A stretch of 64,000 bases of DNA from Lama glama (Eukaryota): positions 66,776,001 to 66,840,000 of the forward strand of contig CM052816.1 of the NCBI GenBank assembly GCA_028534125.1, given 5' to 3'. Below the pieces are notes generated by a model. The model saw nothing but the letters and a program-made list of their open reading frames with translations, made no database searches and was not told the origin of the DNA. Position numbers and translations under genes: made by a program. Below are positions 49,126-63,099 of the stretch, piece after piece. The number at the start of each line of letters is the position of its first letter. The first letter of the stretch is position 1.

Positions 49126-52100
49126 CTTGGTAGGCAAAATTACAACTGGAAATACACAGTAAGCTCCCTGACATTAAAATAAAAATCACTTCTAATGATG
49201 TTAATGGGGTAAATATATATGGGAAGTGTTATGTTTTATTCATTTAATACATATTTATCGAAGGCAAGTCATTGTGCTAGGAGCAATAACAGGAACCCAA
49301 AGATGAACAAAGCTATACCTCTCCTTTAACCAGGAAGATCATGTGTATGTGCCCGTGTGTACATGAAAATCCATCCTCTCTAAATACGGTCTGAATTGTA
49401 TTCTGGAACAAAAATTTTGAAATAAGCACAGCTCCCCTTCTTGAGATATTTCAGACATCTGGTAATAGACTTAGGTGAACACAGACAGTGATAAAAGATA
49501 TAAACAGGATCCTGATTATACTTAACTTGACCTTATTTACTGGTTTGAAATCAGCTTTATGTCACAAATGCCTTTTAGACTCACTAGGTCTAGTGGTCAA
49601 GGTGCATATACTAGAATTTCTACAGTGTTCAGAAATCACACACCAGATTCCACCAATATTGACACAGCCTGACATTTGCTGTCAAGGTGGAGCTCATAAT
49701 TAAGCTGCTGGATTTGGGAACTTTATAATGAAACTCTTGATGAAACTTAGACTGGTGAATTTGACATTTCATTTTTTGTTTGCAGATACAAGATGTGGTA
49801 TCAAAATACTAAGTATTACAGAGACCGCTGCAGAAGAGAATATTATTCTTACACATCAGACACTGAAGTGACTGCTCTCACTTCTTTGGGCTGCAGATGG
49901 AGACTCTCTTTATATACATGTTTGTATACCTTTCTCTCTCTCTCTCTCTGTGTTTCCACCTCTCTCTCCTTATTTGTTTCACATTCATCCTTGGCCCAAG
50001 TTAGAGAATTTGTCCTTTCCTATTCCCCAGAAGCACATGGTTTTTGAACATCTATTTCAATGCCTTTTAAATAAAGCTCTTTCCTCCCCAAAACACATTT
50101 TCCCCTTGAATTCATGTTCCTTTGTGGAGCTCAGACATATCCACCAACTCATCAGTCAGAATCTTGACTATGACTTGAAATACATTCCCCTAGGTAAAAA
50201 ATAATTTTGTGAAAGTACTTCTTATTATTTTCAGTTTAACAGTTCTGAAGTCTCTCCTTGACTTTTAAAAAAAAACTCATAAATTTCTAATTCCTTAAAG
50301 TCACAGACAGCTACAATTCTCAGTCAGTGAGCCATTGTCATTAATCACTTTTAAAATCATCAGAATAATTATGCAGAATAAAAAAAAAAGTTTAGACTTT
50401 AGCATCATCCTAATTCTACTCTGAAGATTACTTTATGATAACATGTATTCTATCGAGGTAGACAACTTGTATTCACGTGACCTATGAAACATTAAGAGCC
50501 TTGTTCAGTTTAAAAGTGATATCATTTCCTCCCTATCACTGGCAACACTTTGTTTTTCAGGAGCCATTGTCGTATTATGAACCATATTGTTGCAAAATGG
50601 TTCCATTGTCCTGGGTTTGGACTCCATATCTGCCAGTAAAGACTCAGAAGGAAAAGGGCAAGGCCTAAAGTCATTTATTCTCATTGTATAGAAACTTGTG
50701 ACTCTGGAGAGGAACTGTCACTAGCCCATAGTTACAAATGGTAAGCAGCTGATCCTCCTACTAGTACTGGATGGAAAATACATTTTAAAAATTATATATT
50801 TACATATATAAATATCTCTATACACACATGTAGATATATCTGTAAAGCTTACCCTACATCCTTTCCATAGGACATCAAGATGGAATAGAATTTTGTTTTA
50901 TTTTAATAAAGTTCACAGCAAGACTTAAAATCATTCCAGAGAATTGCAGCAAGATTATTTGCACTCTCTGTCAATGCCTTTGAAACGCTAGCACATGACT
51001 CACATTTTTGAACTGAAATATGTATCTTTCAACATACATATGATATATAGATACAGATATTTCAAAACACATACATATGTAATTTTTGAAATTAAAATAG
51101 GTTTGAGGGATTACACCAATGCTAGACTGAGATATCCAACATGTGCAGTCATGATTTTGTTTTCAGTTCTTCAAGGACTGCCAGATTGGTCATTATAAAT
51201 TACAACGATCCATTTTTGTGCTTAAAGTTTTGGTTTTTTTTTGATTATTTATTTAGGGAACTCTCCCCAAGAATTATTGGTACAACATGGTGACTTCCTT
51301 TGAGGATCCCACTTCATGCTTTTGTGCAGCTTTTCAGCAGAGTCACAGTGGTTTTCACAGCCAGCCTTCTCCCTACCTTCACCTGGTCAGTTTTCATGAC
51401 CTGCAACTGCCACTAAATGCCATAATCTTCCCACTAAAGGGCCAGTTACAGCAGATGACCCATGCATTTTGTGACATTGTAAGCAAATTCGCACCTGCCT
51501 CGACCTAAGCGTGTTAACACTTTATGAAAGGAAGATCTAGTTCTTAAGCACCATGGAACCCTTTCAAAAGGGACATACATAGTCTATGAAGAAGGAAAAA
51601 ACTGCAGGAGATTTCAAACCAAGGAGACCGAGGTCCTGCAGCATCCTGTGTTAGCTGCTGCAACATTCAAGGGGCCTTTGTTCTTTTTCCTCCAGGTGAC
51701 TGACACGTGCACGATGGAGGGGTGACTGTCCTCCATCATTATTACTAACATGGATGTGTCCCAGCAGGTCAGTTATCCAAAGCCTGATGAGGGCATTTTC
51801 AGACCAGGCCTAACTCCCACAGACGAGGTGATAAGCTACATTAACCCCAACCAGATGAACTCCTAGGAAAGAGGTCATTTTAATCTATTTAGACTACTCT
51901 GAAAATAACAACAAGGCCATCATACTTCAAAGATGAATGGTATTACTTATCCTTACATTTGCTGTGACATGTTTTCTTACCTACAGCGAGAACTCATTGG
52001 CTAGGCTTTTCACCTTCCTCATACAAGAGGACATAACTCAGTGACAAATACCCACAGAATTCTACTTGTCTGGCTAAAACTTCTGGAGAGCTTGCACTTT

Positions 52101-52749
52101 TGCTCTCAGAAGTACAACAGGCAAGTGGTCTTCTACCTTTGAACGGGTTCTTGCTATATTTACCCTTGTTTTCTCGTAGGATGCTCACACAGGCAGAGTG
52201 CAAGCTAAATCGAGCTCTGCTAGGGCTTCCTCATCCTGAGCCCATTTTCAGAGCACACTGCATTCATAAATAGCCCGCAAGGCTTTGGGCTTCTGAGGTC
52301 ACTGTGCTTCACACAATTGTTCTCCGCGGGACTACGTGAAAGACAGTGCCTGGGCTAAGGCCTGGAGTTCCTGGAAGCTGGCTTTCTCAGCATTGAAGGG
52401 CTATCTCTTCTCAAACAAAGGCACAGCCAGACAGTGAAGGGTGACCTTGGCCATTGTTTTGGGGGCCTGTGACTTCAGAAGTGGCAGTTACTCCTGAAGT
52501 GATAGGACCGACCTCTGAGCTGATACCACCGTGCTCCCAGGACACCTATATAAATAGCAGATTGATATGTGCAATGGGATAAATGCTTTGTAAACCTTCC
52601 TCTATTAAAGAGGAATGCAAATTACAGTATTATCCAAATACTTTTCCTACCCACTTCCTTGACACTCCTCACACTTAATACTCAGAGACATCAGGGAGTG
52701 TAGTGATGACCAGTTGTTAACCAACAAGAGCAAGATGAGAAAAAAGTCT

Positions 52750-53029
<280 letters not shown>

Positions 53030-53262
53030 GGAGGAAGAAGAGGAGTATTAGGGATCTGCTGATTTGTTGACGGGAATACAGTACGTTGCCAGGTAGATAC
53101 AGGGAAACAGAACACGCAGCTGCAACCCAGAGATCACAGCTCATCTGCAGGGTCACATTAATTTTTTTTTCAATTGACTTTCCATTTATTCTGAAAGAAC
53201 TACTGTAATTGATACAAAATCCATGAAAAATTCCTCAAATAAATACCCTGAGAGTACTTCCA

Positions 53263-53707
53263 TGGGAGAGTTATGCTTCCAGCCTCTTTCTTTTTCTTCA
53301 GTAATGCTTTGGCAATTCTAGGTCTTTCATGGTTCCATATAAATTTTATTATGATTTGTTCTAGTTCTGTGAAACATGTCCTGGGTAATTTGATAGGGAT
53401 TGCATTAAATCTATAGATTGCCTTGGGCAGTATGACCATTTTAACAATATTGAGGCTTCCAATCCAGGAGCATGGGATATCTTTCCATTTTTTAAAGTCT
53501 TCTTTAATTTCCTTCATCAGTGGTTTATAGTTTTCCATGTATAAGTCTTTCACCTCCTTGGTTAGATTTATTCCTAGGTATTTTATTATTTTGGATGCTA
53601 TTTTAAAGGGGATTGTTTCCTTACTTTCTTTTTCTGTTGATTCGTAGTTAAAGAAATGCAACTGATTTTTGAACATTAATCTTGTAACCTGCTACCTTGC
53701 TGAATTC
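53263..53707 (-). mobile_element. LINE-1 ORF2 fragment, antisense, running into the gap
   Basis: [26 protein letters not shown]...[11 protein letters not shown]...[16 protein letters not shown]. Confidence 0.96.
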
Positions 53708-54207
53708 NNNNNNNNNNNNNNNNNNNNNNNNNNNNNNNNNNNNNNNNNNNNNNNNNNNNNNNNNNNNNNNNNNNNNNNNNNNNNNNNNNNNNNNNNNNNN
53801 NNNNNNNNNNNNNNNNNNNNNNNNNNNNNNNNNNNNNNNNNNNNNNNNNNNNNNNNNNNNNNNNNNNNNNNNNNNNNNNNNNNNNNNNNNNNNNNNNNNN
53901 NNNNNNNNNNNNNNNNNNNNNNNNNNNNNNNNNNNNNNNNNNNNNNNNNNNNNNNNNNNNNNNNNNNNNNNNNNNNNNNNNNNNNNNNNNNNNNNNNNNN
54001 NNNNNNNNNNNNNNNNNNNNNNNNNNNNNNNNNNNNNNNNNNNNNNNNNNNNNNNNNNNNNNNNNNNNNNNNNNNNNNNNNNNNNNNNNNNNNNNNNNNN
54101 NNNNNNNNNNNNNNNNNNNNNNNNNNNNNNNNNNNNNNNNNNNNNNNNNNNNNNNNNNNNNNNNNNNNNNNNNNNNNNNNNNNNNNNNNNNNNNNNNNNN
54201 NNNNNNN
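53708..54207. other. Assembly gap (500 N)
   Basis: Run of exactly 500 N; the true size is unknown. Confidence 1.
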
Positions 54208-54850
54208 GAATACTATTCAGCCATAAAAATGACAACATAATGCCATTTGTAGCAACATGCATGCCCCTGGAGAATGTCATTCTAAGTAAAGTAAGCCAGA
54301 AAGAGAAAGAAAATACCATATGATATCACTGATGACTGGATAAAGAAGATGTGGAATATTTATACAATGGAATACTACTCAGCCATAAAAACGACATTAT
54401 GCCATTTGCAGTAACACGGATGTACCTGGAAAACGTCATTCTAAGTGAAGTAAGCCAGTAAGAGAAAGAAAAATACCATATGAGATCGCTCATATGTGGA
54501 ATCTTAAAAAAAAAAAACATAAATACAAAACAGAAACAGACTCATAGACATAGAATACAAACTTGAGGTTGCCAAGGGGGCGGGGGGTGGAAAAGGACAG
54601 ACTGGGATTTCAAAATTTGTAGATACTGACAAGCATATGCAGAATAGATAAACAAGGTTATACTGTATAGCACAGGGAAAAAAATATATACAAGATCTTG
54701 TGGTAGCTCACAGCGAAAAAAAATGTGACAATGAATATATGTTTGTTCATGTATAAATGAAAAATTGTGCTCTACACTGGAATTTGACACAACATTGTAA
54801 AATGACTATAACTCAATAAAAAATGTAAAAAAAATTTAAAAAATTAAAAA
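54208..54850 (+). mobile_element. LINE-1 3' end (ORF2 end, 3' UTR, A-rich tail); the ORF2 end occurs twice
   Basis: Similar to 27287-27780. Segment 54208-54330 recurs, diverged, at 54370-54490. Confidence 0.93.
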
Positions 54851-57800
54851 CCCAAAAAATTCTTTCACTACTGCTCTCCAGGGCTCAGTAGTTTATGGTA
54901 ACCCTCAAACTTTAGGGAAGGCCTCCTTTTGGGAAAGAGTAGACAGGTGGAGAAAATGGATAATTTGATAAATAATCCCTTTAAAATGGGTACAAATATA
55001 TCTCAGACTCTTTTCTGTCTATATCGAAGGGCATGAAGCCTTTACAAGCTGGGAAGTACTTAAACAATTGTAATTAACTATTTCAGATATATAGTGTGGT
55101 TTAAAGTAAAATAATGAACTACTGTGTATCCAATCTTCAGATCAGGAATAAAACATTACTGTGTTAATTGCCTCCCTCTGTCCTTCTCTGACTACTTTTC
55201 CATCCCTCTTTGCAAAGATATCCACTACAAACTGCTTTTAAATTTATCTGAAGTCCAACCACTAAATAAGCACTGTAATATCCTAAACAATACAAAATGT
55301 TGACAACTTATTTTTTACAGTTTCTGAGGAAGGCAGGGATGCTAATACATCCTAGTCACAGATACAGCTGAATATACTCTTACCTGCCAAACACAAGAAA
55401 TGTCTTCATATGCTTTGAATAGACACTCTAAGGAATATGGACAGGAAACTAAAAGTATCTATGTGGTTGTTTAAATAAGAGTCAATATTTTCATTTGAAA
55501 ATAATTCTACTGACGTTTGAACTAAAAAAAAAACATTTAGGTCACAGAGGGTTGTAAATGACCTGGCATGTTTGCACTGGCCCTTCCCATACTTAAACAG
55601 AGCCATATTCTTTCTCCTGCAGTTAACACTCTGGGTCTCTCCCCTGGGCCACATTCATGGGCATAGAACACAGACACACACAGACACACATGCAGAGGAA
55701 ACAGCCTCAGAAGCAATATCCTGAATACCTCAAGCCACCCGTCATTTCATTAAATTGATATCAACTGATTATTTTACTAAATGGACCTAGGATGGGATTA
55801 AACTGACAGAGCAGTAATCAAAATGGACCAACTAGAGTTTCTGGCCCCAACAAAATAGAAATTGACTAAAAAAAATTAAAATTATGAAATTGCTGAGGTC
55901 ATAGTTTGTTTTTAATTGAGCCAACTCTAGTTTCTTTGGGGCTTGGTGTTTATTTCTAAAGCGTAACTAAGGAGCTCCCTACTTTACATAATCTGTAAGA
56001 ACCGTGCTACCTACCATTTGGCTTTCTATAACATTCCCTAGTCATAAACACACCCAGAAATTTGGGAGTAGTCTCGGATTTGTTCATCTGGTGGTGCTAA
56101 TGTAGGCTAGGCAAGTTGGAGAGACATTTGAATGAGGCGGGGCTGTGCTCCCCAGTAGTGAAGAGAGCAATTAGTGCCTCAGTTTGCATCTCCAGGCACC
56201 TGGTCTTAGGTCTGGTGCAATGACTCCTCATGTATTCCTATACCTCAAAGAACTGGCAACCCCAGCTCTAATGATGACCTAAAATAAGTGGAATTTATTT
56301 TAAAAATTCTAGAGAGGCTCTCGTGTAGCAGTGATAGCGACAGTGTAGAAATTATAAGAAATATAAACTTCACACTGTTTCTCTTTGCATTCCTGAATAC
56401 TGTGTCCCCATCCCACCTTGGACTACTAGTTCCCTAGACAGAAAGAGGAGGGGACTTTTGGGTGGCATCCAACTTGCAGATCTGGTGGCTGTTTTGTCCA
56501 CCTGAAGATGCTACAAGCTATTTTGGAGACAAGAAATTATTCTAGACCTAACTATCCCAACTCATCACAAAAACTACCCCCATCCCTGTCTGCAGCACAA
56601 ATATTTTCTAAGAAACCCTTGAAAACCTGCTAAGATACTCCAAGACCCCAATAATTTAGGTTGTAATGCGAAGTTGAGATATTGATGTACAAGAGGGAAC
56701 ACAGGCAGTCACTCAGACTTTATTCTGCTATGCTTAAAAAATATGCTGTGTATCCAGATATATTTCTCACCAGAGCTTACCATACTTTAGTATATCTCAA
56801 CAACTCAGAGCTCCCATGAGTACCTGAAATGTTATAATTCAAGACCTGAAACTGAATTTCCTGTTTTGCTTTAAATTCACTATAATTGAATTAGGAGAAA
56901 AAAAATAAGAGTGAAAAAATAAAATTCTCCTTACTTTCCAGCAGATCTGAGTCTACTGTTCTACGCTAATTCACTGTAAATTAACTAATCCACCACAATT
57001 GGTAGAACTACACTAGATGTTGACAGTATTCTGACTTGCTCAGGGAGAGAACTTGTACCAGTCTGGAAGACTGAAGAGAACAAAGCAACTGAAATCTGGC
57101 GGCGCCCTAGGACATTCCCACCTCTACTGTCTGACAATGAGGCAGAAGGAGAAAAAAACACAAAAGTAAACAATGGCTTGTTCATTCTTACAGAACCTCC
57201 AATCATTTCTAAAGACCTCTGGAGAGGTACAGAGAAATGTTTCCTTCTTAACAACCCTTTCAGGCTGGAAGTATTTCCGCTGAGCTAGTGCAAGTCCTGC
57301 TGTAATATAAAGGCTTCTTCCTCCACTGTACAGAGCTGCCCACTAGCCTGTGTGCAGACATCTTTCCAGTCACTCCAGGCTAAAGTTAATGAAATACCCT
57401 TTCTTATCCAAGTTAATAAATGCCTCTTGATATTTGCTGGTTTCTTGAGATGGTCATCCCCCATTACCGCTATCATCTTCCAAGGCAGGACTTTAGGGAC
57501 TGAGAAAATTAAAGCCTATGACTCAGAAAAATCACTTTTGATCATTATGTCATTTGTGTCAGGCCATCTAGATAGCCTTCGACAAACCATGAAGGAGCCC
57601 GTCTCCTTCCTCTTGATCCTCTTTCCTTGAATAAAGCTTTCTCTCTCCTTGTCTTTATGGGGCCTCAGAGATGATCATTTTACATCCATATTAAATATCA
57701 GAGATAATCCAATCAACCATGCTATGACACAAACCAGATGTTAAACCCACCACAACCTTTAGATGATTTTTTAATCTCCTATTTTTGATGTTATAGATAT

Positions 57801-58124
57801 AGCCCAATCCTTATTTTTATTTCTCTTTTCTTTAGGACTTTATTTTGAAAATTCAGTAAAGCATTACAATATTCTGTTTGGTTTTGATATAAAATGATGG
57901 CTTTAATTAATTAAAGAATATAGATTAATTTTGTCCATCACTTGAATGATCACTTGCTAGATTTTATAATTCCTCTTACTTTTATTTTGAGCAGCCTTGT
58001 TACTACCCTCAGTCTAGGGGTGCCACTTTAAAAGTGAACCTAGATTATGAAAATACAATGACTTCTTTAGGGTTAAACCAGTACAACCAACATGTAATAG
58101 GCAAGATGAGTCTTCTGCAGAAGT

Positions 58125-58300
58125 CATCTGACACTTTGCATGCTTGACGCCTAGAGATTTCTTTAAAATCTAGGTCCTCAGGCCCCAAATCAGAGATTCT
58201 AATTTAGAATTTCTGATGTGCATCCTATGACTCTATGTTTTTAAACAAACACCTCAAATGACTGTGATGATGATACTGCATGTGACACAATTTCAACAAA
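58125..58300. mobile_element. MER5-like MITE fragment
   Basis: TCAGGCCCCAAATCAGAGATTCTAATTTAG...TTTTTAAACAAACACCTCAAATGA. Confidence 0.6.
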
Positions 58301-59436
58301 TAGATCAAGGAATAGGGTGTCCCATTAGACAAAGCAGGAAGATTAGTTAGTTCCCAGAAACTGAACCAAGACTTGATAGAAGTGAAAGGAGCCATAGCCT
58401 AAACAACGATGAGAAATTAACATAATTGTTAAGGTAACCTAGGAGAAAAGTATGAAGATAAAAAGGCTGGAGATTTGTATAGAGACTATAGGAGGGAAAA
58501 TCAAAGTACAGAGATTTGTGACAGCCACCCCTACACCCCATCCCCAACCCCTGCAACTGTTCAGAGATTATCTTGACGTCCATCAGGGGCAGTCAGGATT
58601 TCACAGTGGTGATTTCCCCACAGTGGAGACATATGCATCGAGTTCTCTGTGGCTTAATGGCAGTATCTATCCACTAAATAATCTAGTTTTCTAAGAAAAA
58701 CTAGAATTATTTTGATAATAATTTGGCAAGCTGTTTTTAACTCTTTACAAGGCAGAAAAAGCAAACACAAATGCCTGGTCTATTGAACAGTTTTTAAATA
58801 CTACATTGACGTTTGTATACATTGATGTCTCGTGAATATGATTAGCACAAGTCAGCTAGTCCGAGTCTGATCAGCATGGAGCAGAGTGACACCTAGTTTC
58901 TGGATCTTCAAAAATGTAGAGTGTTAACTCCACAGTAGGGTGATCCTGTCCATGGTTTCCCCTCCTACACAGACCTGACAGAGTGAGGGTGGGGAGGTTA
59001 CTGTCCACATCTGAAGGACAGCTCCACCGCTCACCAGACTTTCCATAAGTACATCAACCTCTTTGAATACCAGGACCTGCTTTGTAAATGGAACTAATAC
59101 TTGGTGCAAAAGGTTGTAGAAATAATCACACAAGCTAATATATAAAATATTCACTTATATAGGTTTTAATTTCTGTTAAAATTTTTCCTAACCTTCTCCC
59201 CTGCTTAGTAACTAGCTAAGCTTGCTCAACTTTATTACTTCTATGTAATTTAACATCGTTAGTTGTTATTTAAAATCTCAAATATCATGTATGTACCTTT
59301 GTGCCTGTGATAAAACCAAAATATTGAAACTGCTAATTTCTGAGCAGTGTATGAAATTTTCTTTCTGTGTTTCTCAAAGCCGCATATACAATATGTAATG
59401 TTTTCAAAATTACCATTAAATATCATTAATCTAATT

Positions 59437-59614
59437 AAACGATTCTTGAACTTGACTGCACTCTAGGATCATCTGGGGAGCTTTTAAAAATTCCAGTGCC
59501 TAGGATACACCCTGGAGTAATTAATCAGAATCTCTGATGGCAGGACCCAGGCATCACTATGCTTTTAAAGGTCCACTGGTGATTCCATTTTGCAACCCAA
59601 GTTGAGAATCCCTG
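59437..59614. mobile_element. MER5A hAT-Charlie MITE
   Basis: ATCATCTGGGGAGCTTTTAAAAAT...AATCAGAATCTCTG...AAGTTGAGAATCCCTG. Exact 8-bp TSD ATCTAATT at 59429-59436 and 59615-59622. Confidence 0.92.
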
Positions 59615-60689
59615 ATCTAATTCTCATGTACGTATTCCTTATTCAATCCCTTAAAGAGTCAAGGGGTGACACCTTACGAAAATCCGTAACATTTTGAGAT
59701 TTAAGTATTTTTCCAAAATGTCTTAAAGGTCAGTTACTAAATCTTGATACAAATCAAAATGGCTGAACTCTCCAAGATTGATATTTAATACAATTTCAAA
59801 AACTTAATTTATTTATTCTGTTTAGCTAAGTTTTTTATTTTTTAGAAATCTGAACCTCTAAAAATACAGATATAGGATGCCATGCCCCAAACTTAAACTG
59901 AGGAAACTCAATGGCCAGTGTTTTGGGAGAGCTCCTTATGACCTGTTAAGGTGTCAGCAATGGTTGATCACATCAAATTGGAGAGGAAAGGACCCACTCA
60001 GACATCAGTAAGACTGATGGTGGAAGATACTTGAAGAGACACCAGTAGCAGGTCACTGGCTGAAAAACAGAGAGACAGATGGCATGGCATCAGGAGACTG
60101 ACAAAATTAAACAATATAATACAGTTGAGTAGCAACAGCAAGAGTCAACAATGGGCACAAGAGACCTCCCAGAGGCAGGGTGGAAAATCAAGGTGGGGAC
60201 TCTACTGACAGAAAATGGTAAACATCCAGGAATGCAGATGGTTGACTTAGGAAGATTGGAGTGAGGAGGACTAGAGCAGGACTCCAGTATTAGCAAGGAG
60301 GATTATTTGGTCCTGGTTCTCAAGGCACTTTAGAATTTAGTTTTTTAAAAGTCAAGATTCTAGTTGTTGATGTTTGAGAGAAAAGACAAAAGAATGCAAA
60401 TGGAATGGCTATACTAGGTTCAGGTTGGACTAGATGCAAAGCTGGCTCTGCAAGCTTCTTAAGTTCTGTCTGAAAGAAACAAAATCCATGACATCCCTAG
60501 GACAAAGCTGATCTTCTTATGGGAGCAAAGAAGCCCCCCTGCCTGGGATCTGTAAGGATACAGAGAGCACCATTTCAGAATCTAGGGAGAGGGCATGTGG
60601 CTTGCAACGATGCTGAACATGAGAGAAAGGCACTGCTCATTTGTGACATACCAGCTAGGACTTTGGGAATCCTTTTGGAGGTGACCTTC

Positions 60690-60910
60690 TCCTTCAGCAT
60701 ATCTGATCAGTCACATCTCATATCAAATCAATCACCAGCTTCAGGTAAATCTAACTCAATAGTAGGTTTAAGAATACCCAATTAACTTAATCCCTCTATA
60801 ATTGCCCTAATTGAGGCTGACCTAATTGTTCATGTTGATTACTGCATCAATCTCCTAATTGGTCTCTCTGTTTCCTCAAATCCATCGTAGGCTAAGAGAC
60901 ATTTCTGAGC
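60690..60910 (+). mobile_element. LINE-2 fragment
   Basis: GATTACTGCATCAATCTCCTAATTGGTCTCTCTG is an L2 motif. Confidence 0.6.
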
Positions 60911-63099
60911 ATGACCTGTGTTTTTCTCTCTCTTTTGCATGCTATTTAACTCTATCTCGCTATAAATGTTTTCTCAGAGTAGTATGGGGACTCCCAGGGA
61001 TGTTCTACATGGGCTCATGAATAAGTCTAGTTGATTTTTGGTTTTTCTGTGTATAGAAATTATGATGACTTTCTTCTGCTGTAATGATTTTCTCACAATA
61101 TCACCATATCTTCTGGATATTACAGGTCCCTTCTGGGTACTTCCATAACTGCTGGAACCCAAAGAGTACCACCAGGCCACTATTTCTATCTGTTTCCCCA
61201 AATACCTGATACCTTAGAGCCTCAAGACGTGGTTGTCTATACTCAAGTGGGGAATTACAACTTGTACTAGAGTCAGAGAAAAATAAACTTTGTAATGCAG
61301 AATATTGTCATGATTCTTTTGCAGTGTTTGCAGACAGAAGTCACAGGTCCAATTCCAAGCTAGTTTCCCTCTCATCCATTATGGCCACCACTCAAAACTC
61401 CTATTCAGCTCCCCAGGGAAAGAAGAGAGGAAAGCACTCATCAAGACATACAGGCAGACCTGCCTCTTTCTGAATAGGAGCTAACTACCAGGGCACGGAT
61501 GGTGGACAATTAGGAATCCACAAGCCATCTAGAGAGGGATTACTATTTGAGAACTTTCACTGCCCTACTCGTTAATTTTTTTTTTTGAGGGGGTGGGCAA
61601 CGTGTAATTGGAGAAGAAAGTTTCAATTTCACAGAGCTGGCATGAGTATTTGGAAAAAGCACCTGACTTATCTTACTTCTTTATAAATTCCTTTCTTCCT
61701 ATGTGTAGACAAAATTAAAATAACCTGATCCTGGTGGTGGTACATAGGTGGTACCCAAAGCATAGATGGGTACTAGGTGGGTTGGGGAAGGGATTCCTGC
61801 ATCTTTCCAGATCTTGGTCTCATAGGTCTGGATTTCAAAAAACTTTCTGTAAGGAGCAAGATGTTAAAGATGTCCTTTCTTTTTATATGTAAGTAGCCTG
61901 GGGGTTAAGTAGGGAGGCATCAATCACTTAGTAAACCTCAAGCTGAAACATTTTAAAACCCTGTCTTCTAACACAAGTTATCTGGGTTACTATCCTTTGG
62001 TTTACTTCACTTTACTTCCTTTTGGTTATACCCTGGCATTTAGTAGAGTCTCTTTGGACATTCAACCTAGCCATGGCTATATTAAGGAATATTAAGCAAA
62101 ATAATACCCATAGCTAGGACAGGTTGCTATTTAAGAACCAATTACCAATCCCCTAAAAGCCACATCTCTAAGGGGAAAATAGACATTTAAAGACAAATAG
62201 GAGGACAGTGAGGCCAGTGTCCCTCTCCTACAGGAAGCCGCTCCTTCCAGAGTGTGAACTCTATTTCATTACAGAAGGTGGCGACTGCGTGTACAGAACT
62301 GAAGTCCTATGGAGAACAGTGGCAGAGGTACTGGGATCACTGGAAAGTCTCAGCAGTACCTTGAAGATTCTCAGGGCTTTTCATAGAATTAGCTGGCTGT
62401 TATTTGAGCTCAGTAGTGCAGTTCCTTCAGCCAAAATCAAAGACTGACTCAATCCAATTCCACAAATAGAGTGAGAGAGAAAAAATGGGAATAAATGACC
62501 CAAGAGACTTTACAACCATTTCTTAACCTAAGCTATTGATCTATTGTGAGTCTTGGAAAGGGCGTGTGGTTTTGTAATCATTAGGGAAATGTCTGATGAG
62601 CAAACAGTTTCCAGCATCTTTCAGAAACAGCCTGATGCTTAGACCCTGAGAAAAATGTCTCCGACAACCTTGGAGTTCCCTGAGGTTGCAGCTGAGTTCA
62701 CTGAAAGAAAGCCTTTTCATCTTCAGCCTGACAACCAGCTTACTAAAAACACTCTGTACCTCTTCTGTTTTCCGTCTGGGGCATCTACATCCCCTTGGTT
62801 TCCTGTCTCGACCTCATACAATATGCTATTATCTACCTGTTTTTTTTTGAGGGTTAAATTGTAGCTCATTAGTTTGCTTTGAGCACACTCTCAATGAAAT
62901 TATAAAGTTTAGAGGGGAAAAAAAAGGTACATGAGCAGCCGTGAGTCGGCCCATTCTACAACTATCTCCTCTAACATAGAATCGAGGAAATCCTTCCAAA
63001 GGCCATAACATACATTTGTTCTATTTTAAAATATTTTGCTAAGTATTTAAACTATTTTCATACCCATTGTTTCAATTACACTCCAGCAATAGTCTCCCT

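Noticed and set aside
53648..54323. Long ORFs of 185-223 aa
   Set aside because: Artefacts of reading through the 500-N gap.
62272..62286. CTCF-like ACAGAAGGTGGCGAC (also CCAGCAGAGGGGG on the minus strand at ~21122-21135)
   Set aside because: Partial matches only; cannot be distinguished from chance without a matrix scan or ChIP data.
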